This document shows positions 58,360-64,000 of a stretch of DNA of 64,000 nt, piece by piece; the first letter of the stretch is position 1; each line of letters starts with the position of its first letter. The stretch comes from Candidatus Azobacteroides sp. (GTDB lineage Bacteria > Bacteroidota > Bacteroidia > Bacteroidales > WRGA01): positions 1,165-65,164 of the forward strand of contig WRGA01000120.1 in the NCBI GenBank assembly GCA_009787405.1. Reading direction: 5' to 3'. Under the pieces are notes generated by a model. The model was not told the DNA's origin and searched no databases. It was given only the letters and a program-made list of their open reading frames with translations. The translations under genes were made by a program, and so were the position numbers.

Positions 58360-61300
58360 ATGAAAATAAAACAAATATTAATCATCGGGTGTTTTTTTGC
58401 ATCGGGATGCTTATTCGCTCAAAAAACAGAAATGAATACATACTATACCAATATGTGGCTTAAGGTAGACGATTTAAATGAGAAATCTCTGCCTCAATCG
58501 GCGCTGGACGAAGTCGATAAAATTTACCGGCAAGCGGTCAAAGAAAAAAACAGTCCGCAAATCATTAAAGCGTTCATGTACAAATCCGATATCGGCACTT
58601 TAATTAACAGTGACAACGCCTTAAATATCATTGAAGAAACAGAGGAATATTTGAAAACTTCTTCCGACGACACAGAAAGAAGCATGCTGTGTTCTGTTTT
58701 GGCGGGAATGTATCAGAATTATTACCGGTCGCAACAATACCTTATTTCCCGTCGCACAGAAATTTCGGGATATGTTCCTTCCGACATCCGGGAATGGACC
58801 AAAAGTCTGTTCATCCGGAAAATCATTGAGGATGTCCGGTTATCGATACAACCTGAAAAAATTCTGCAAAATACCGACGCCTTAAGATATTCCTCTATAT
58901 TGGAAAAAGGAGACGACTCCAGAATATTTCGTCCGACCTTATACGATTTTTTGGCCAATCGCGGAATCGATATATTAAAGGATCTCTTTGATTATCCGCA
59001 ACCCGGCGATAATGCCGATTACCTGCAACCGGCCGGTGATTTTATCAAACTGTCGATTCAGCCGAAAAACGATGATGTCCGGGAAAATATCACAGCCATT
59101 TACCAAAAAATCTTGATTTTCCGATTGAACGATAAAAACAAGGAAGCGTTTTTAATGGCGGATTTAGACCGGTCGGATTTTATTTATCCAAATTCGACCG
59201 CCGACGGAAAAGACAGTTTGTATTTGTCCAATCTGCAACAGTTGAAACAGGAATGGGCGGGAAAAGACATTTCCGTAGAGATTCTGAACAAGGAGGCCGA
59301 ATTTTACCTGAATGAAACCCCTGCTCAAATTTCGGAAGGCAGCGAAAAAAAGCAAACCGATGAGTTGGCGCAAAAACAGAAAGCATACGCCATTTGCCGG
59401 GAAGGCATCGATAAATATCCGAATTACAGGCGGATCGGCATCCTGAAAAATTTGCTGGCCCGATTGACGGCTTCGACGCTCCAAGCTTCGGGAAATAACA
59501 GTGTTTATCCGGATTCGGATTTGGAATTGTCGGTTCATTATAATAATATCAACACCTTAAATGTTCAATTGTATCGCATTGCAAGCGATCGGCCCGGCGT
59601 GAAAGGCTGGGGGGAAAGTTCCGCTTACAAAACAAAAGGAACGTTGATCAAAGAAATGTCTTTTGATTTAAAAACCGTGTTTCCATACGAAAACAAGGAC
59701 ACCGTGTTTAATATACCCGTACCGGCAACGGGATTATACGAATATGTTTTATCGACCGACAACCCGGACATCAAACCGGTTTCAACCGGTTTTGCCGTAA
59801 CGCAACTCGCTTCCATTGCCCGAAACAGGGGGAATAATAACATCGATATTCTGGTTACCGACAGATTGTCGGGAAAACCGGTTGAAAATGCAACGGTTCA
59901 ATTGTATGATAATATCTATGTGAAAAATCCGGTCATCAAAGAAACGATTACCACCGGGAAAGACGGAATCGCCGTTTATTCCGGAACGAAGGGATATACC
60001 GGATACAGCGTCGTTTCAGGTGACGACCGGGCGGGATTTATTTCCAATATGCCTTGGAGTCAGAATTACGGCAATTCGGATAATAACGCACAAGAACAAT
60101 TGACCATTTTAACCGACCGCAGTATTTATCGTCCGGGACAAACCGTTTTTTTCAAAGGAATTGTATGGAAATCGGATGAAAATTCTGCCGTGGTCATTCC
60201 GAACAAAACGGTGGATGTCGTTTTTAAAGATGCGAATTACCAAAATTTAGCGACCAAATCCCTGACTGCCGGAGAATTCGGGTCTTTCACGGGAGAATTT
60301 GTCATTCCGCAACAAGTCCGTTCGGGAACGTTCTATATCACCGGCTTAAACACAACTACTTACATAACGGTATCGGAATATAAACGTCCGACATTTCAAA
60401 TTGATTTTCAACCGATTGCCGATACCTACAGTTTCGGCGATGAAATTTCGGTGAAAGGAAATGCCCGGAATTTTTCGGGAGTGCCTCTGCAAAGCGTACA
60501 GGTTAATTATCAAGTCATACGCCGTCCGCATTTTCTGTATCGTTGGTATCCCGACCACTCAAGCGAAAAACAAATTGCGTCCGGTGTTGCCACGCTCGAT
60601 GATGAAGGAAGATTCACGATTTCATTCAAAGCCGGAAAAGATAAATCGGATTTAAAAGGTGAAACTTATTACACTTACGAGTTGACGGCAAGCATCACCG
60701 ACACAAACGGGGAAACACAGCAAAACACCACTTATGTTTCGGTCGGCGATAAATCGATGCATTTGACATTTTCATTCGACGGAAGCATCGATAAAATACA
60801 ACCCGGATATCTTATAAGCGAAAGCATCGATAAAACACAATCCGGATACCTCAAAATAACCGCGGAAAACCTGAATAACGCACCGATCAAAACGCAAGGA
60901 ACGTATACCTTGTACAGTTTGATCGACGAAACTTCTTTGAAAAAAACAAAAACTCAACCGTTTATCGATGTATATACCGGCGAAGGCGAGCCGCAATATA
61001 ACATCAACAAGGAAGTTTTATCGGGACGGTTTTCCACTCCCGACAGCATTTCGACCGCTTCCTGGAAAAATCTGCCTTCGGGAAGGTATCGTATCGTGGC
61101 TAAAGCTCCCGACAGTAAAGGAAATGAAGTAACGGGGGAACAAAACTTCGTGCTGTATTCAAAGGAGGATCAAAAATCTCCGATACTGACTTACCGATGG
61201 CTGATCAAAGAGAAAACAACGTGCAACCCGGGTGAAAATGCCGAAATTATACTCGGTTCATCTGCTGAAAATGTGTATGTATTATATGAAATTTTCGGGA

Positions 61301-64000
61301 AAAATCAATTATTGGAGCGTAAACGCTTTGAAATCAGCAAGGAAAACAAAAAATTACTGATTCCGTACAAGCCGGAATACGGGAATAATGTTACGTTGTC
61401 TTTAACGTACATCAAAGATGAAACTGTTTTTGCCGAAAATATTCTTTTAACGAAAAAGGAGGAAAATAAAAAACTCGACCTCTCATTCGCTGTTTTTCGC
61501 GACAAATTGTTGCCGGGACAAAAAGAAGAATGGAAACTGACGATCAAAGACGACAAATCCAATGCAGTCGCAGCTGAATTGTTGGCGGGTATGTATGATG
61601 CTTCACTGAATAAGATTCGTCCGCATGCCTGGTATTTCGCTCCGAGAACCATGTCGATGACTTATTTTTATAATTTCGATGAAGGTACGGGGTTCAGAAC
61701 TCAAAATATATCGATGAATTTCAATGAAAAGTACCCGGAAGTTTCCGATTTTAAATTTGATGTCTTGAAAGGAGCTTTTGCGTTGTTCCCTCAAAACAAT
61801 TTGGTTTTATACGAGAAGGTATCCGGTGCATCTACCGGAAGAATAAGAGGTGGTGCTACTCTAAAAGATGAAGGATATTATGCGTCATCAGACAACTCTC
61901 AACTTACATTTGCCCAAGCCGAATTACCTGCAGCATCTTCTGAAACAGTTCAATTTATAACGCCGGCAATAACCGGTTCGGGAGAATCAGGAGAACAAAC
62001 GCCGGCATCTCCCGTTCAAATCCGTCAAAATTTCAATGAAACGGCTTTTTTTCTGCCTCAATTAAAAACCAATGAAAAAGGAGAGGTTGTTATTTCCTTT
62101 ACGGTTCCCGAAAGCACAACCTCGTGGAAGTTCATGGGATTGGCGCACACCAAAGATCTCAAAGTCGGACAATTAACAGCCGAAACGGTTACTCAAAAAG
62201 ATTTGATGGTGATTCCGAACTTGCCGCGCTTTATGCGTCAGGGTGATCGGACATCTGTTTCCGCGAAAATTGCCAATTTGTCGGATAAAAATTTACAGGG
62301 AAAAGTAACTTTGGAGTTGTATGATCCCGAAACCGAAAAAACGGTTGTTTCCGTCGATCATGCCGAACAATCGTTTTCGGTCGATGCCGCCGGATCGAGT
62401 TCGGTGTCGTGGAATTTTACCGTTCCCGAAGGATCGGAACTGCTCGGATGCAGAGTGATTGCCCAAACCTCGCAATTCAGTGACGGAGAACAACATTTAC
62501 TGCCGGTACTTTCCGGGCGGATTCTTGTGACGGAAACTTTACCCATGACCCTTCGTTCAAATCAAACAAGGAGTTTTGAAATGAGTAAACTTATTGATAA
62601 TAAATCTGTTACACTAAGTAATTATCGTCTGACGCTGGAATTTACCGGAAATTCCTCCTGGTATGCCGTTCAAGCATTGCCGACATTATCGAACCCGACC
62701 TCCGACAATGCAATCAGTTGGTTTGCATCTTATTATGTCAATACATTGGCCGGACACATCTCACAATCCAATCCCGAAATCAAAAAGGTGGTCGATATCT
62801 GGCAACAGCAAGCCGGTACAAAGGAGACGTTACTCTCTGCGTTGGAAAAAAATCAAGAGTTGAAATCGGTATTATTGCAGGAAACGCCTTGGGTGCTGGA
62901 TGCCAAAAACGAAACCGAACAAAAACAACGGTTGTCGTTATTGTTTGACCTCAACCGTCAATCACAATCAACTTCCGACGCCTTGCAAAAACTGTCGGAA
63001 CTGCAAAACCAGGACGGAGGTTGGATGTGGTTTAAAGGAATGGCTTCGAGCCGTTACATCACCACATACATTTTGGAAAACATGCACCGTTTATCCAAAT
63101 TGGGAGCCGTTCAATATGGCGAATCCGAAAAAATGATGCAAACAAAGGCGTTGAATTATCTGGATCAGCAAATAGTCGATGATTACGCGAATTTGAAAAA
63201 ATACGGAAATCCGACGAACAACGAAATGCACATCGATGATATGCAAATGTATTATCTCTGTGTCAGAAGCCGTTACAGAGATATTCCGCTATCAAAAAAA
63301 GCGTTGGAAGCCTATAAATATTATGCCGGTCAGGCAGAAACACATCGAAATAAACTGACGTTGTACGGAAAAGCTCAAGGCGCCATGTTTTTCGATCGGG
63401 AAGGAAAAACTTCGATTGTGGGCGAACTGATCCGGTCGTTGAAAGAATTTGCTTCAAAAAGCGATGAACTCGGGATGTTTTGGGCGAACAATCGTTCGGG
63501 ATATTTCTGGAATCAATCGGCCATTGCCGTTCAAACCACCATTTTAGAAGCATTTGATGAAATCGGGAACGGCAACCCGAATTTCGAAACTTCGAATGAT
63601 ATCGAAGAAATGAAACTTTGGCTATTGAAACAAAAGCAGACGCAATCATGGGATGCCGTCCCGTCAACGGTAAATGCGATTTATGCCTTATTGCTTCGCG
63701 GACAAAATCTGTTATCGGGGTCAAAGGAGGTAAACATTCAATGGGGAACCCGGAAAATAGACACCGGCAACAATGAAACCGGAACGGGTTATTTCAAACA
63801 AAGTTTCGATAACCCGGAAATCACGCCCGACATGGGAAAAGTAACGGTTGACAAGCCCGGAGAAGGGATTGCCTGGGGGGCTTTGTATTGGCAGTATTTT
63901 GAAGATTTAGACAAAGTGACCGGACAAACGGGGGCATTATCGGTGGAAAAAATGCTGTTTGTCGAACGCACCGGCGAAAAAGGTAAAACCATCGAACCGG
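58360..64000 (+). CDS. Alpha-2-macroglobulin-family large exported protein (3' end beyond the window)
   Basis: Frame 1 read open in every line I translated from ATG 58360 to the window edge. It is absent from the ORF track because no stop is reached. Signal MKIKQILIIGCFFASGCLFAQ. MG2-like LTDRSIYRPGQTVFFKGIVW. A2M-domain NFNETAFFLPQLKTNEKGEVVISFTVPESTTSWKFMGLAHT. Confidence 0.8.
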   Translation, partial: MKIKQILIIGCFFASGCLFAQKTEMNTYYTNMWLKVDDLNEKSLPQSALDEVDKIYRQAVKEKNSPQIIKAFMYKSDIGTLINSDNALNIIEETEEYLKTSSDDTERSMLCSVLAGMYQNYYRSQQYLISRRTEISGYVPSDIREWTKSLFIRKIIEDVRLSIQPEKILQNTDALRYSSILEKGDDSRIFRPTLYDFLANRGIDILKDLFDYPQPGDNADYLQPAGDFIKLSIQPKNDDVRENITAIYQKILIFRLNDKNKEAFLMADLDRSDFIYPNSTADGKDSLYLSNLQQLKQEWAGKDISVEILNKEAEFYLNETPAQISEGSEKKQTDELAQKQKAYAICREGIDKYPNYRRIGILKNLLARLTASTLQASGNNSVYPDSDLELSVHYNNINTLNVQLYRIASDRPGVKGWGESSAYKTKGTLIKEMSFDLKTVFPYENKDTVFNIPVPATGLYEYVLSTDNPDIKPVSTGFAVTQLASIARNRGNNNIDILVTDRLSGKPVENATVQLYDNIYVKNPVIKETITTGKDGIAVYSGTKGYTGYSVVSGDDRAGFISNMPWSQNYGNSDNNAQEQLTILTDRSIYRPGQTVFFKGIVWKSDENSAVVIPNKTVDVVFKDANYQNLATKSLTAGEFGSFTGEFVIPQQVRSGTFYITGLNTTTYITVSEYKRPTFQIDFQPIADTYSFGDEISVKGNARNFSGVPLQSVQVNYQVIRRPHFLYRWYPDHSSEKQIASGVATLDDEGRFTISFKAGKDKSDLKGETYYTYELTASITDTNGETQQNTTYVSVGDKSMHLTFSFDGSIDKIQPGYLISESIDKTQSGYLKITAENLNNAPIKTQGTYTLYSLIDETSLKKTKTQPFIDVYTGEGEPQYNINKEVLSGRFSTPDSISTASWKNLPSGRYRIVAKAPDSKGNEVTGEQNFVLYSKEDQKSPILTYRWLIKEKTTCNPGENAEIILGSSAENVYVLYEIFGKNQLLERKRFEISKENKKLLIPYKPEYGNNVTLSLTYIKDETVFAENILLTKKEENKKLDLSFAVFRDKLLPGQKEEWKLTIKDDKSNAVAAELLAGMYDASLNKIRPHAWYFAPRTMSMTYFYNFDEGTGFRTQNISMNFNEKYPEVSDFKFDVLKGAFALFPQNNLVLYEKVSGASTGRIRGGATLKDEGYYASSDNSQLTFAQAELPAASSETVQFITPAITGSGESGEQTPASPVQIRQNFNETAFFLPQLKTNEKGEVVISFTVPESTTSWKFMGLAHTKDLKVGQLTAETVTQKDLMVIPNLPRFMRQGDRTSVSAKIANLSDKNLQGKVTLELYDPETEKTVVSVDHAEQSFSVDAAGSSSVSWNFTVPEGSELLGCRVIAQTSQFSDGEQHLLPVLSGRILVTETLPMTLRSNQTRSFEMSKLIDNKSVTLSNYRLTLEFTGNSSWYAVQALPTLSNPTSDNAISWFASYYVNTLAGHISQSNPEIKKVVDIWQQQAGTKETLLSALEKNQELKSVLLQETPWVLDAKNETEQKQRLSLLFDLNRQSQSTSDALQKLSELQNQDGGWMWFKGMASSRYITTYILENMHRLSKLGAVQYGESEKMMQTKALNYLDQQIVDDYANLKKYGNPTNNEMHIDDMQMYYLCVRSRYRDIPLSKKALEAYKYYAGQAETHRNKLTLYGKAQGAMFFDREGKTSIVGELIRSLKEFASKSDELGMFWANNRSGYFWNQSAIAVQTTILEAFDEIGNGNPNFETSNDIEEMKLWLLKQKQTQSWDAVPSTVNAIYALLLRGQNLLSGSKEVNIQWGTRKIDTGNNETGTGYFKQSFDNPEITPDMGKVTVDKPGEGIAWGALYWQYFEDLDKVTGQTGALSVEKMLFVERTGEKGKTIEP

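Noticed and set aside
63263-63724. 153-aa minus ORF near the window end
   Set aside because: It lies antisense within the continuous A2M-like frame-1 ORF.
1-64000. tRNA, rRNA, tmRNA or riboswitch candidates in intergenic regions
   Set aside because: I saw no cloverleaf-compatible sequence, rRNA-like conserved block or recognisable riboswitch core in the spacers I read. Absence by eye is not proof, and an Infernal/tRNAscan run would be decisive.

Overview
This looks like a Bacteroidota (Bacteroidales-like) chromosomal window, and most of it is housekeeping. All domain calls come from reading motifs by eye; no searches or statistics were run.

**Core genes**
- The 3' part of a Na+-pumping methylmalonyl-CoA decarboxylase operon: mmdA, an LTD/OadG-like gene, a biotin carrier and mmdB.
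- asnS, an rluB-like gene, purB and carB.
- serC, serA and a DUF1015 gene.
- A complete Na+-NQR gene set (nqrA-F, minus strand).
- A glycogen-synthase-like gene plus a DUF4270-like gene, an SSS transporter and engB.
- coaBC, a DnaQ-like exonuclease and dnaN.
- An alpha-2-macroglobulin-like ORF of more than 1880 codons that runs off the 3' edge. It is missing from the supplied ORF track.

**Accessory content**
- Three surface or secreted proteins with T9SS tails. One is an LRR protein with an internal duplication and a decayed tandem paralogue.
- Several pseudogenes: BspA-like LRR, RhuM-like, a HEPN toxin and an IS630 transposase remnant.
- Two small TA-like pairs.
- At least four dispersed repeat families.

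**Most notable observations**
1. An overlapping three-gene cassette at 24.9-27.1 kb, bordered by repeats: GNAT-like, PP-loop PAPS-reductase (IbrA-like) and ParB-like (IbrB-like). It is a candidate uncharacterised nucleic-acid modification or defence module.
2. The nqr operon is interrupted at three junctions by tightly packed unrelated genes: a glycosyltransferase plus an exported protein, an orphan AAA_21/ABC-type ATPase, and an acyltransferase-3.

No rRNA, tRNA or CRISPR array was recognised.
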